DNA of 64,000 nt from contig JBBRLJ010000003.1 in assembly GCA_038231435.1 (NCBI GenBank), forward strand, positions 96,001-160,000. The letters run 5' to 3'. The translations under genes and the position numbers were made by a program. This DNA is from Planctomycetota bacterium (lineage in GTDB: Bacteria; Planctomycetota; UBA11346). The notes beneath the pieces are model-generated. The model made no database searches, was not told where the DNA came from, and saw only the letters and a program-made list of their open reading frames with translations. This document shows, piece by piece, positions 47,198 to 57,281 of the stretch. The first letter of the stretch is position 1, and every line of letters begins with the position of its first letter.

Positions 47198-49738
47198 ATG
47201 GCCAGCCTCTCCCTCACCGGCACCTGGACGCTGCGTGGAGACCGCTCCGACGAGTGCATCCCGGCCCCGGTCCCGGGCGACGCGCACAGCGCGCTGATCG
47301 CAGCCGGGCGGATCCCTGATCCGTACACCGGCCGCAACGAGGACGCGGTGCAGTGGGTTGGAGAGAGCGACTGGATCTACGAACGCTCCTTCATCCTGGA
47401 TCGCGCGTCGGACGCAGCGCTGCTCGGCGCGCGTTCGGTGGTGCTGACCTGCGAGTGCCTCGACACGTTCGCCGAGATCGCCATCAACGGTGAGCACCTC
47501 GGGTCCACCGACAACCAGCACCGTCGCTGGCGCTTCGACCTGGCGGGCAGGCTGGTCCCCGGCGAGAACCGCATCGCCATCCGTTTCCGCTCGTCGGTGC
47601 GCGAGGCCGCCGCCCGCCATGCCAAGCTGCCGTACGCGGTGCCGTACAGCTCCATCTGCAACAAACTGCCCAACATCAACATCATCCGCAAGACGCAGTG
47701 CCACGCCGGCTGGGACTGGGGTCCGGCCATCATGGTGTGCGGCATCTACGACGACATCCGCATCGAGGCGGTCGACAACGCGCGCATCGACTATATGCAC
47801 ACCGTCCAGCGCCATGGCCCCACGGCCTGCGACGTGGATGTGACCGTCGAATGCTGGGCTCCCGCGGCGGGATCGACGACGCTCGAGGTCGAGCTCGGCG
47901 GGCGGATCGTCACGCGCGAGGTCGAACTCGTGGCCGGCGCCAACCATGTCACCACCACCATCGCCATCGCCGAGCCGCGCCTGTGGTGGCCGAATGGCCA
48001 TGGCGACCAGCCTCTGTACGCCCTGCGTGTCGCCCTCGATGGCCAGACGGTGCGCAAGCGCATCGGCCTGCGCACCATCGAGCTGCTCAACAAGCCCGAC
48101 GAACGCGGCATCAGCATGTCCTTCCGCGTCAACGGCGTCGACATCTTCTGCAAGGGCGCCAACTGGATACCCGCCGACGCGCTGCCGGCGCGGCAGACCC
48201 GCGCGGTCTACGACGATCTGCTGTCGAGCGCGACCGCCGTGCACATGAATATGATCCGGGTGTGGGGCGGTGGGCAGTTCGAACGCGATGAGTTTTACGA
48301 CCTCTGCGACGAGAAGGGCCTGCTGATCTGGCACGATATGATGTTCGCCTGCTCGATCTATCCAGCGACCGAGGACTTCCTCGAGAACGTGCGCGCCGAG
48401 GTCTCGCACCAGATCAAGCGCCTGCGCGACCATTGCTCGATCGCGCTGTGGTGCGGCGACAACGAAGTCGTGAACGCCTGGAACCTCTATCCGGAGACCA
48501 AGACCAATCCGCTGCGCTACGCGATCAACTGGGACCGCTTGAACCATGGCGTGCTGCGCAAGACCATCGCCGAATGCGATCCCACCCGCACCTTCTGGCC
48601 CAGCTCGCCATGCTCGGGGCCGGGCGATTTCTCTGACGGTTGGCACGAGGACACCAAGGGGGACATGCACTACTGGGAGGTCTGGCACGGTGGCAAGCCG
48701 TTCGACTCCTACTACAAGGTCACGCCGCGCTTCTGTTCTGAGTTCGGATACCAGTCCTTCCCGTCGCTCTCCACCGTGCGCACCTACGCCGAGCCGGCCG
48801 ACTTCAATGTCACCTCGCCGGTGATGGAGCACCATCAGCGCAATCCCGACGGCAACCGCAAGATCATGGAGATGTTCAGCCGCTACTTCCGCATGCCCGA
48901 GGGCTTCGCCAACACCCTGTGGCTGTCGCAGCTTCAGCAGGCCCTGGCGATCAAGCTGGCGGTGGAATTCTGGCGCTCGCAGACCCCCTCATGCATGGGC
49001 ACCCTGTATTGGCAGCTCAACGACAACTGGCCGGTGGCCTCATGGTCGTCGATCGAATACGGCGGCGCGTGGAAGCAGCTCCATCATCATGCCAAGCGTT
49101 TCTTCTCGCCGGTCATCGCCATGTGCTTTCAGCGCGAAGGCCGGGTCGAGATCTGGGCATCGAATGACGGCGCCAGCGCCTGCGACGCGACCGTGCACGT
49201 GGACGTGCACGGACTGGACGGCGGCCTGATCGAGCGGCTGCCGCTCGCCGCCAAGCTCCGTCCGTTGTCCGCCACCTGCCTGCAGACCTATCCGATCGAA
49301 CGCCTGGCGGGGGCCGATCCGACCCGCCGCTTCCTGCGCGTTGTTCTGGCCGGACAGATCTCGGGAACCCACAGGCGGCTGGTCAGACATGAGAACGAGC
49401 ACCTGTTCGCCGAGCCGAAGCGCTACGAGCTTCCAGACGCGCAGGTCGAGATGGCGGTGGTTGCGCGGGGCGAGGCGATCGAGGTGACGCTGTCGAGCGA
49501 TGCCCCAGCCTTCTACGTGACGCTCGAGGCGGGCGGCATCCCCGGAAACTACTCGGACAACAGCTTCCTGCTGCTGCCCGGGTCCCCGCGGGTGATCACC
49601 TTCCTGCCCAAGACGGCCGGCGTCACGGTCGCGAATCTGCGCGCGGCGCTCGCCGTGTCGCATCTGCGTTCGTCGTACGCCTCCGCAGCAACCACCTCTG
49701 CAACCAAGAATCTGCTCGAGGTTCGCGCCGTCGGTTGA
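47198..49738 (+). CDS. Beta-mannosidase (GH2)
   Basis: IRKTQCHAGWDWGP, KGANWIP, MIRVWGGG, WCGDNE, GDMHYW, RFCSEFGYQS, YWQLND; no signal peptide. Confidence 0.93.
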   Translation: MASLSLTGTWTLRGDRSDECIPAPVPGDAHSALIAAGRIPDPYTGRNEDAVQWVGESDWIYERSFILDRASDAALLGARSVVLTCECLDTFAEIAINGEHLGSTDNQHRRWRFDLAGRLVPGENRIAIRFRSSVREAAARHAKLPYAVPYSSICNKLPNINIIRKTQCHAGWDWGPAIMVCGIYDDIRIEAVDNARIDYMHTVQRHGPTACDVDVTVECWAPAAGSTTLEVELGGRIVTREVELVAGANHVTTTIAIAEPRLWWPNGHGDQPLYALRVALDGQTVRKRIGLRTIELLNKPDERGISMSFRVNGVDIFCKGANWIPADALPARQTRAVYDDLLSSATAVHMNMIRVWGGGQFERDEFYDLCDEKGLLIWHDMMFACSIYPATEDFLENVRAEVSHQIKRLRDHCSIALWCGDNEVVNAWNLYPETKTNPLRYAINWDRLNHGVLRKTIAECDPTRTFWPSSPCSGPGDFSDGWHEDTKGDMHYWEVWHGGKPFDSYYKVTPRFCSEFGYQSFPSLSTVRTYAEPADFNVTSPVMEHHQRNPDGNRKIMEMFSRYFRMPEGFANTLWLSQLQQALAIKLAVEFWRSQTPSCMGTLYWQLNDNWPVASWSSIEYGGAWKQLHHHAKRFFSPVIAMCFQREGRVEIWASNDGASACDATVHVDVHGLDGGLIERLPLAAKLRPLSATCLQTYPIERLAGADPTRRFLRVVLAGQISGTHRRLVRHENEHLFAEPKRYELPDAQVEMAVVARGEAIEVTLSSDAPAFYVTLEAGGIPGNYSDNSFLLLPGSPRVITFLPKTAGVTVANLRAALAVSHLRSSYASAATTSATKNLLEVRAVG

Positions 49739-49742
49739 GCCC

Positions 49743-50627
49743 TCAGAGCTTGCCGCGTCGCGGACGCGCGAGTCGCGTCGGATCCCCGTGCGGGATCGGC
49801 TCGGCGCGCCGGTAGGCGGCGGGGGGCACGCCCATGCGCCGCGCGAACACGCGGCTGAAGTAGAAGCGGTCGCTGAAACCGCAGGCGACGGCGATGTCGT
49901 CGATCGAATCATCGCTGAGCACCAGACGCTGCGCAGCGATCGCGATGCGGCGCTCGATCAGGTATTGGCCCGGCGTCTGGCCGACGTCGCGCAGGAACAG
50001 TCGCGCGAAATGGTCTTCGGCATAGCCGCACAGCCGCGCGAGTCCTGACAGGCGCAAGGGCGCGGTCAGGTTGGCTTCGATATGGCGGAGCGCGGGAGCG
50101 ACCGGCGAGTCCGCGTGCAGCACGGCGGCGATGCGCTGCGCGTGCGCGGATGGCAGGCGCGAGAACAACGCCGCCACCGCCGCGTGCAGCGCCGCCTTGA
50201 CCGCGAACAGCGCCGCTGGTCGCGATGCCGGATCGTCGCTCGCCAGGATCGCGTGCAGATCGTCGGCGGTGGCGCGCACCGCGCCGGCGAGCGGAAGCGC
50301 GACTGGACGGGTGAACATCTCGCGCACCAGGGTTCCGGGCAGGCCGACGATGTCGAAGTGCATGTACAGGTGCCCGACCGGACGGACGTTCAGCAGGTCG
50401 AAGCGCACCCACGCGGGAATGAAGTGCACCTGCCGCGGCTTCAACAGGTGCAGGCTGCCATCGGACATCCGCACCGCGGCGCCAGAGCGGGAATTCACAT
50501 AATAGCGCCAATAGGTGCTGCAGACGCCGACCTCGTCCCAGGACGTGGTGATCACGGAATCTCTGGCAGTGAATACACGCAGATGCAGGGAGTCTCCACG
50601 GTCGACGGCATCCATGGGCGGCGGCAT
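49743..50627 (-). CDS. AraC-family transcriptional regulator
   Basis: Cupin-like N-terminus; LARLCGYAEDHFARLF...IAVACGFSDRFYFSRVFARRMGVPPAAYR. Confidence 0.92.
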   Translation of the reverse strand: MPPPMDAVDRGDSLHLRVFTARDSVITTSWDEVGVCSTYWRYYVNSRSGAAVRMSDGSLHLLKPRQVHFIPAWVRFDLLNVRPVGHLYMHFDIVGLPGTLVREMFTRPVALPLAGAVRATADDLHAILASDDPASRPAALFAVKAALHAAVAALFSRLPSAHAQRIAAVLHADSPVAPALRHIEANLTAPLRLSGLARLCGYAEDHFARLFLRDVGQTPGQYLIERRIAIAAQRLVLSDDSIDDIAVACGFSDRFYFSRVFARRMGVPPAAYRRAEPIPHGDPTRLARPRRGKL

Positions 50628-50731
50628 GCCGGTAGCATAGCGGAATCGTCCATATCGCCATCGCCATCCGCCATGGTCATACGAGTCGCCGATGCCTAGG
50701 ATCCGTTCCAGGACCCAGCCAGGAGCGACCA

Positions 50732-51088
50732 ATGACCGCGACTCTCGCCGATCTTGCCCAGATCCAATCCGTTGGACCAGACGCCCCCAGGCGCATACGC
50801 CAGCAGCTGCTCTTCCTGTACCTGACCCATCCCAATCCGACCGCGCAGACGGTGGGCTGGAGCTTCTTCGACGGCACCGGCCGCGACCGCCGCACCTCGG
50901 GCGACGGCGACAAGCCACCGTACGCCTCGGTGGTGGCAGCGATGCAAGATGGCTGGCGCGTGCTCCAGGTCGCGCAGCAGCATCCCCCCTATCCGGGCAT
51001 GGAGCATCGCACCTCGTACCTGCCGTTCGAGTTCGTGCTCGAACGCCTCATCGACCTCGACGCCGGCAGTGCCGGAATCGGAGCCTGA
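50732..51088 (+). CDS. Small conserved-looking hypothetical protein co-transcribed with the PhyH gene
   Basis: AGGAG RBS; RQQLLFLYL, GWSFFDGTG, PPYASVVAAMQDGWRVLQ, FEFVLERL. Confidence 0.75.
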   Translation: MTATLADLAQIQSVGPDAPRRIRQQLLFLYLTHPNPTAQTVGWSFFDGTGRDRRTSGDGDKPPYASVVAAMQDGWRVLQVAQQHPPYPGMEHRTSYLPFEFVLERLIDLDAGSAGIGA

Positions 51089-51090
51089 CC

Positions 51091-51948
51091 ATGAACGCTG
51101 ATCTCCCCCTCCTCACATCACGCCAGATGGCGGACTTCGTCGCCCAGGGCTTCCTGCGCTTCGACGCGCTGGTCCCGGCGGAGCTCAACGACCAGACCAT
51201 GGCCCAGCTGCGCGCGGGCGGCCTTGACGGCACGGGCTACGACAACGAGGGGATCTCACTCGACGAGTTCATCCCCGACGCCCCGGGCTACGGCCGCGTG
51301 CTGCGCCTGCCGGCGGTGCAGGGCATCATCCACAGTCTGGTCGGTCCAGCGCCCGCGCCAGATCACCTGGCCGTGCATGTCGTACCCGCCCGCCACGTCG
51401 ACGCGCAATTCTGGCATGCCGACGCGGTCATCGATCCGCGCCTCGAGGCCTTCGACATCCAGCTCTTCTACTATCCGCACGACACCCCGCGCGAGGCCGG
51501 CGGCACGCTGTTCCTGCCTGGCAGCCATTTCCGCCGCGTGCACGAGGCCACCATCGCGCGCTACCAGAACATCAGCGGCCAGCTGCCGATGGTCTGTCCA
51601 GCCGGCACGGTGGTGGTCGCGCACCATGGCATCTGGCATTGCGGGCAGCCGAACCACACCGACCACCAGCGCTACATGCTGAAGCTGCGCATGAACCCAC
51701 GCGTGCGCCAGCGCCGGCTGTTCGACCTCTCGGACGTCGGTGACCCGCAGGTCATGCGCAACCTCACCGCCTACCACCCGTGGCCCGGCGCCGAGATCCG
51801 TCTCGAGTACGTGCAGCGCCTGCGTCTGTGGCGTTCGCTGACGGGAGACGCCAGCGCTGACACCGACCTGTGGCTGACGCGCATGGATAACGAACCCACG
51901 GCCGAGCATCGCGCCGCGCGTCGTTCTCCGGAGTTCGCCAACGCCTGA
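51091..51948 (+). CDS. PhyH-family Fe(II)/2-oxoglutarate dioxygenase
   Basis: LLTSRQMADFVAQGF, WHAD (HxD), GGTLFLPGSH, PAGTVVVAHHGIWH. Confidence 0.9.
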   Translation: MNADLPLLTSRQMADFVAQGFLRFDALVPAELNDQTMAQLRAGGLDGTGYDNEGISLDEFIPDAPGYGRVLRLPAVQGIIHSLVGPAPAPDHLAVHVVPARHVDAQFWHADAVIDPRLEAFDIQLFYYPHDTPREAGGTLFLPGSHFRRVHEATIARYQNISGQLPMVCPAGTVVVAHHGIWHCGQPNHTDHQRYMLKLRMNPRVRQRRLFDLSDVGDPQVMRNLTAYHPWPGAEIRLEYVQRLRLWRSLTGDASADTDLWLTRMDNEPTAEHRAARRSPEFANA

Positions 51949-52028
51949 TGCGGCGCGCCGACTGCTTCCCTCCAACAGCGGTGCCCTAACTGCACGCGCG
52001 CACGCGCACGCCACCTGATGACGGCCGA

Positions 52029-52691
52029 TCAGCGTCCTGAGATGCGCCTGCGGCCGCGCTGGTGCTTGCGCCACGCCGCCTGCTCGCTGATGACGATGCG
52101 CTCCACCTCGTCCCAGGTCCCGGCGCGCAGCGGCGCGGAGACCTCGCGGTTGGTGGAGTTGGTGAAGGCGATGGTACGATGCCCCGCAGCGACCAAGGCG
52201 CTGATGTTCGCCGGCGAATCGTCGATGTAGAGGTCCGCGCCAACCGCGGCCTTGTCCTGCATGAAGCAGAGATCCCAGTAGGGGAAGCCGTGTTCGTCCA
52301 GCCACGCCACGGTCTGGCTGATCGCCTGCTGGTGGAAATGGTTGATGAATAGGCGATGGGTGATGATGCGGATCCTGATCCCGCGCGCGGACAGGTGGCG
52401 CAGGGCGCGCGCCGCGCCACGCATGGGCGCCAGGCGGCGGAACAGATCGCGCTGCGAGATCGCGAAACGGTGGAGGTCCTCGTACGCGCCGGGCTCGCGG
52501 TCGAGGCCCCACTCGGGAAAGCCGAAACCGACCTCGTCGGTCAGCGTCGATGGCGCGACGCCGAGCCACTCGGCGGCGATCGGCTTGATGCCTTGGTAGA
52601 AGTCCGCGCAGACGCCGTCGAGGTCGACGCCGAAGATGAATGCCGGCGCCGTCACGCCAGCCTTGCCACCAGGGAGCTTGGCCATGCTCAT
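52029..52691 (-). CDS. 5'(3')-nucleotidase, NT5C-like HAD hydrolase
   Basis: GVDLDGVCADF (DxDGV), IITHR, K, YIDDSPAN; ATGA overlap with the upstream small gene. Confidence 0.85.
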   Translation of the reverse strand: MSMAKLPGGKAGVTAPAFIFGVDLDGVCADFYQGIKPIAAEWLGVAPSTLTDEVGFGFPEWGLDREPGAYEDLHRFAISQRDLFRRLAPMRGAARALRHLSARGIRIRIITHRLFINHFHQQAISQTVAWLDEHGFPYWDLCFMQDKAAVGADLYIDDSPANISALVAAGHRTIAFTNSTNREVSAPLRAGTWDEVERIVISEQAAWRKHQRGRRRISGR

Positions 52692-52933
52692 GCCCTCCCG
52701 GCCGCGAGCGCGAGCCGGCGCGATACCAGTAGGCCGCGGCCCGAGGTCAGACAGAACGCCAGCTGCATCACCACCAGCGCGAAGGCATCGCTGTTCATGC
52801 CCCAGGCGATCCAGCAGAAGTTTGAGATCAGGAACCCGGTGAATCCCCATGCGCGGACGCGCGAGTGCGAACTGGCGACGAGATAGGCGCCGACGATGCC
52901 GAATCCGGCGCCAAACCATTGGATGGAGTCCAT
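52688..52933 (-). CDS. Small 3-TM membrane protein (possible PnuC/SemiSWEET-like half transporter)
   Basis: IQWFGAGFGIVGAYLVA / WGFTGFLISNFCWIAWG / ALVVMQLAF. Confidence 0.65.
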   Translation of the reverse strand: MDSIQWFGAGFGIVGAYLVASSHSRVRAWGFTGFLISNFCWIAWGMNSDAFALVVMQLAFCLTSGRGLLVSRRLALAAGRA

Positions 52934-53108
52934 GGGCGCCATCCTGGCCAGACTCGGATGTTTGCCAACGATCTGGGCCCGTGAGCGTGGCGGTCGTCGC
53001 TACCGCGGACCCACCTCCTTCTTCCGCTTCAGGTTGGTGCTATGCCTGTGAAACGGATCCGCTCGGCTCCCTGCTCCGAGATGATGGAAAGTCTGGACGA
53101 AACAAGGA

Positions 53109-53828
53109 ATGAAGATGCGTGAACTCCGCCGACTCCTGCCGCACCGTGCCATCTCCACGGTCATGCCGCTGCTGATCGCTTGCTGCCTCGCTTCCGCCGA
53201 GGAGACCGCGCCGGCTCCGGCCGAGCAGGCCGAACCCAAGACCATCACCGCCACCCCTGATGCGCCTCCGCAGAGCGAACTGGTGGTGACCATCGCCGGG
53301 AAGGATTACCCGTGCCGGGCGGGCGGGGCATTCACCGCCGAGGTCGACGGCAAGACGGTCGCGGTCGCGGTGCGCGAGAAGCCGACCAAACTGTTCGACT
53401 ATCGTGGCATCCGCTTCGACTTCCCGAAGAGCCACGCCTTCGAGTCGGATGCCGACCCATTGACGCCGATGTGGACGCTCGATGGCAACGATAACGTACT
53501 GATCGTGATGAAACCGAACGAGGCCATCGATCAGTTCTACACTGACTATATCGCGCAGCTCGAGCAGAATTACGCCGGCCAGAAGGTGGTGCTGCAGGAC
53601 GTCCGGCAGACCTTCGGTACCATCGATGCGGTGGGCAAGAAGCTGGTGGTGACCCTCGACATCACCGCCGCCGGTACGACCCTCTGTCAGGAGGTGTACC
53701 TGGTGAAGGACGCCACCCACGGGGTCATCGTCATGATCCAGGATTCCCTGAACGACAAGGCCGAACAGACCGCCGAGACCACGATGGTGAAGAAGCTGCT
53801 CACCGAGACCTTCGCGTTCCACGACTGA
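53109..53828 (+). CDS. Exported hypothetical protein
   Basis: AAGGA upstream; signal peptide ending LASA-EE; strong coding bias. Confidence 0.75.
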   Translation: MKMRELRRLLPHRAISTVMPLLIACCLASAEETAPAPAEQAEPKTITATPDAPPQSELVVTIAGKDYPCRAGGAFTAEVDGKTVAVAVREKPTKLFDYRGIRFDFPKSHAFESDADPLTPMWTLDGNDNVLIVMKPNEAIDQFYTDYIAQLEQNYAGQKVVLQDVRQTFGTIDAVGKKLVVTLDITAAGTTLCQEVYLVKDATHGVIVMIQDSLNDKAEQTAETTMVKKLLTETFAFHD

Positions 53829-53864
53829 TCCAGCACGGCATGCGCCGGGACCAGTCGATGCCGA

Positions 53865-55274
53865 TCACTGGTTCGCCTGCGGAGCCGCGGGACCGATGAC
53901 GACGTGCTGGACGTCGACCCACGTCGCATGCAGCCCTGGATCGCATGGCCCTGACGGCTGCGGCGCTGGGAGCCGATCCATGAGCAGGAATTCCGGCAGC
54001 GGCGAAACCGGATCGAGCTGGATGCGGAAGCGATCATCGGACAGACGGGTGAAACGCACGGCCGGACGGTCATGCCCTACGTCCGTCGCTTGGATCGGAG
54101 CCTGGACGAGTGTCGACGCGAGATCAACGGGCAGGTCGCCCGCCGCATCCTGGATGCCCGCCACCACTGCGGCGAGACGCGCCAGGCGATGCGCGGTCTC
54201 ACGCTTCACCGCCGCATCGCCCATCGCCACCAGGAGACCGGCCGGCGAGTACGGGAACGCCCACGGATCGATGCGCGGCAAGGGCTCGCCCTGGCCACGG
54301 AAACGGCGCTCGGCCTTGCCCGTCCAGTCCAGATCACGGGCGGCACGGTCCGGAATCGCCGACCATTCATCGAGTGCCTGCAGCCACCCCAGGGGCTTGC
54401 CGCTGACCACGCTGAACAAGTGTCCGCGGCGATAGTCGAGTGGTCCGCGCGCGACCTCGCTCGCCGCTTCCGCCGGGATCCAGTATGCCGCCTGCGCCGC
54501 GCACGCCGCCGCCAGATCAGCGAGGCCGCACGGCGGCTCGGCGAGCCAGCGCGCCTGCACCGCCTCAGCGAGAGTCCCCGACAGCGCCGCGGCGAGATAC
54601 GCCCGGTCACGCTCGCCCGCGACGATCTCGGCGATGGAAACGGCGAGCAATGACCGCGGTGGCCGCAGCGCCGCGAGCAGCGCATCGAGATCGCGCAGCG
54701 TGGCGCTCGGATCCGCCGCCGCGCGCGCGGCCATGCGCAGCTCCAGGGCGGCGAGGCGCATGTCGAGCAGGTTGCCGTCCCACGTGGGCACATCATCCGC
54801 TGTCGCGTTCGCGGTCGCCGTCCCGGTCGAGGTCGGGTTGAAGCCTGGCGACACGTCGAAGCGAAGGCCAGGCATTGCCAGCACCCGGTGCAAGCCAGCG
54901 AGCGCCGTCGCGCGCCGCTCGAGGTAGGCCCTCACGCGCGCGGGGGTCGCGACCTGCACGCCCGCCAACCATGCTTGGACCGACCGATCAGCCTCCAACT
55001 CGGGGGTTACTTCTTTCCCCGACGCCTCTGCAGCTTCCTCAGCGACGGACGCGCGGGTCGTTGCCCAGTCCTTCCAGGCCGCGATCGCGGCGGGATCAGC
55101 CACGGCGCCGGTCGGCAGGATCGGCGTGGGTAGGAGCGCCAGAGCCGCATGGCAGCGGTGCACGGCCAAGGCCAGCCACGCGGCCCCAGCCATCGATGTA
55201 AGCAGGATGACAGCAAGCGTCAGCAATCGCGCGCGACGATATCGCACGCTCCTCGTCGTGGGCTCCTGACTCAC
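53865..55274 (-). CDS. Hypothetical protein with N-terminal TM anchor, Ala-rich and helical
   Basis: 469-aa ORF with GTG start and a single N-terminal hydrophobic helix. Confidence 0.65.
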   Translation of the reverse strand: MSQEPTTRSVRYRRARLLTLAVILLTSMAGAAWLALAVHRCHAALALLPTPILPTGAVADPAAIAAWKDWATTRASVAEEAAEASGKEVTPELEADRSVQAWLAGVQVATPARVRAYLERRATALAGLHRVLAMPGLRFDVSPGFNPTSTGTATANATADDVPTWDGNLLDMRLAALELRMAARAAADPSATLRDLDALLAALRPPRSLLAVSIAEIVAGERDRAYLAAALSGTLAEAVQARWLAEPPCGLADLAAACAAQAAYWIPAEAASEVARGPLDYRRGHLFSVVSGKPLGWLQALDEWSAIPDRAARDLDWTGKAERRFRGQGEPLPRIDPWAFPYSPAGLLVAMGDAAVKRETAHRLARLAAVVAGIQDAAGDLPVDLASTLVQAPIQATDVGHDRPAVRFTRLSDDRFRIQLDPVSPLPEFLLMDRLPAPQPSGPCDPGLHATWVDVQHVVIGPAAPQANQ

Positions 55275-55361
55275 CCACGAGTATACCTCGTCGAAACCAG
55301 GCCGGGAGAAATGCCGCGCCGTGTCGCATTCGGGGGTATATTCCTAGGTCCAGGAGGTTGC

Positions 55362-55577
55362 ATGGTGAAACCCCCGAGCGGTGCAGGCGGCGAGAAGAAC
55401 GACCAGCGCATCTCCCAACTGCGCGAGGACATCACCCGCTTGACCGCCGAGCTCGCCGGCCTCGCCGAGCTCCCACGCAACACCGCGCGCGCCGCGACTG
55501 CCGCCGAGATCGAGAAGAAGATCGCCACCGCGCGCAAGTCGCTGGTCATGGCGCTGAGTTCCACCGTCCGGGTCTGA
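55362..55577 (+). CDS. Small coiled-coil hypothetical protein
   Basis: AGGAGG RBS before the ATG; RISQLREDITRLTAEL...AEIEKKIATARKSL. Confidence 0.65.
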   Translation: MVKPPSGAGGEKNDQRISQLREDITRLTAELAGLAELPRNTARAATAAEIEKKIATARKSLVMALSSTVRV

Positions 55578-55792
55578 ACTTCGCATGGTCCGCTCAACCA
55601 AGCGGAGACGACACTTCGTACGCGTCACCATCGACAGGTGCTGAAGAGCAGTTGCTGAAAACAGTCGCCTGCCGGCATCAATGCATGCCGTGGCGACCTG
55701 CGCTAGTCTTCCCTGAACCAGAGTCGCCAAGTTCCAGATGGCAGTGAGTCAGGGCCATGCGTGCCGGACCGCTGCGGCATGCCCGATGGAAG

Positions 55793-56479
55793 CTATTTCT
55801 TATCCTCGACCGTTGGGGCAGGGCTACCTTCCTTCGGCTTCTCGACGAGTTCTTCAGGCTTCACCGACACCATCTTGCCGTCTTCGGTCTTGATGACGAC
55901 CTGGGTATCGGAACGGCTGATGATCTTGCCGTGCAAGACCCGGCCATCGCCGAGCGTGATCGAGGATGCGGAGAATTCGTCGCGCTTCTTGGCCGCGTAC
56001 GCATCGGCGTCCGCCTGCAGCACCCGCTTGCTGCCCTTGCATAGCGCGCACGTCAGTCGCCCGGTGCCGACGCAGGCTTTGCAGTCGATGAGCCCGGTTC
56101 CTTTGCAAGTCGGGCAGACGCCCTTGTTCACCGGCATTCCATCTTCGTAGACGATCAGCTGGCCCAGGTGACCCGTCGACCACCACGAATCGCCGGACAT
56201 GCCCTTCTTCTTCACGGGAAAATGCTTCACGGTCTTGCCCTCAGGCCCCGGGACCCAGCCCGGGTCATCCTGCTTCAGACAGGTCGCGGGGCAGCGCACC
56301 TTGCCGTCTTTGCAGTGCGCCTTGCATGGCGAGCTCCCTTCGCCCAGGCATTGGGGGCAATCGACGAGTCCCGCGGAGGCTGACGCGGGAGCAGGGCTCT
56401 CGGCCGCTGACACCCGATCCGATGCCATGTATAGGCCGCCGAGCAGCATCGCGAGCACGAGCAGGCGAACGGTATGCAT
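55793..56479 (-). CDS. Exported protein with DnaJ-type CxxCxGxG repeats
   Basis: Signal peptide; CPQCLGEG, CPTCKGTG, CKACVGTG, CALCKGS; C-terminal ITLGDGRVLHGKII domain. Confidence 0.75.
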   Translation of the reverse strand: MHTVRLLVLAMLLGGLYMASDRVSAAESPAPASASAGLVDCPQCLGEGSSPCKAHCKDGKVRCPATCLKQDDPGWVPGPEGKTVKHFPVKKKGMSGDSWWSTGHLGQLIVYEDGMPVNKGVCPTCKGTGLIDCKACVGTGRLTCALCKGSKRVLQADADAYAAKKRDEFSASSITLGDGRVLHGKIISRSDTQVVIKTEDGKMVSVKPEELVEKPKEGSPAPTVEDKK

Positions 56480-56529
56480 GAGACGATGGTACGGGCGACG
56501 AGCAGCTGAAACAAGCCGCCGATCGAAGC

Positions 56530-56826
56530 CTAGTCCTCGCCCCCCTCGCATCCCTGGGTCGCGGCTCCAGGCGAGCAGGTGATGTACCACTGGCCATCGT
56601 TGATCTCGACGGACGCTCGCCGGATCCGGGACTCGAGCCATGCCAACGGCTGGAACACGCGCACCGGCAGGACGCGGGGCATCTCTCGCATGATGAAGCC
56701 GCCGTTGGCGTGGCTCCTGCCAGTTACGTAGGCACCGACATACAGCGTGAGTGCCAGCAACGCGGACAGCATCATGACGATGGCTAGTCGCGAGCGACCG
56801 CGCTTGGCGTCGTCCGGATTTTCCAT
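56530..56826 (-). CDS. Small membrane-anchored hypothetical protein
   Basis: MENPDDAKRGRSRLAIVMMLSALLALTLYVGAY...VFQPLAWLE; TGATG overlap with the upstream gene. Confidence 0.6.
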   Translation of the reverse strand: MENPDDAKRGRSRLAIVMMLSALLALTLYVGAYVTGRSHANGGFIMREMPRVLPVRVFQPLAWLESRIRRASVEINDGQWYITCSPGAATQGCEGGED

Positions 56827-57107
56827 CAGCGCAGGTAGCGCGTGGTGTCGCGCCGCAGGTCGGGGGTGTAGCGGAGATAGTGCAGGATCGAGATGACCGC
56901 GAGGACGATCATCAGCACCAGCATCAGCGAATACATCAGCGAATAGAAGGACACGCCACGCCAGAAGCGATCGGGGTCGGTAGCGCGGGTCCGGCGGCGG
57001 TCGCCGATGTGCACCCCGGTGACCGTGGCGCGTACCACCAGGAAGGCGATGGTGGCGGCGACGACGCCGTACAGGCTCCAGAGGGCGATGATGGTCGCGG
57101 GGGGCAT
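56826..57107 (-). CDS. Small 2-TM membrane protein
   Basis: Two hydrophobic helices around RATDPDRFW. Start uncertain. Confidence 0.6.
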   Translation of the reverse strand: MPPATIIALWSLYGVVAATIAFLVVRATVTGVHIGDRRRTRATDPDRFWRGVSFYSLMYSLMLVLMIVLAVISILHYLRYTPDLRRDTTRYLR

Positions 57108-57281
57108 TCACCGCAGCCTCGCATCCACGGCCGTCGCCGCAACATCGACGATAGGAGTCGAGGCGCCGATCGACGGGGTCGGGCTCGAGGCCGGAGTCGG
57201 GGAAGCCGGATGGACTCCCCAGCGCCTCGGTTATACCTCAGGCGTCAGTCCGCGTCCTCATTCAGCACTGGCCTCGCTCAC

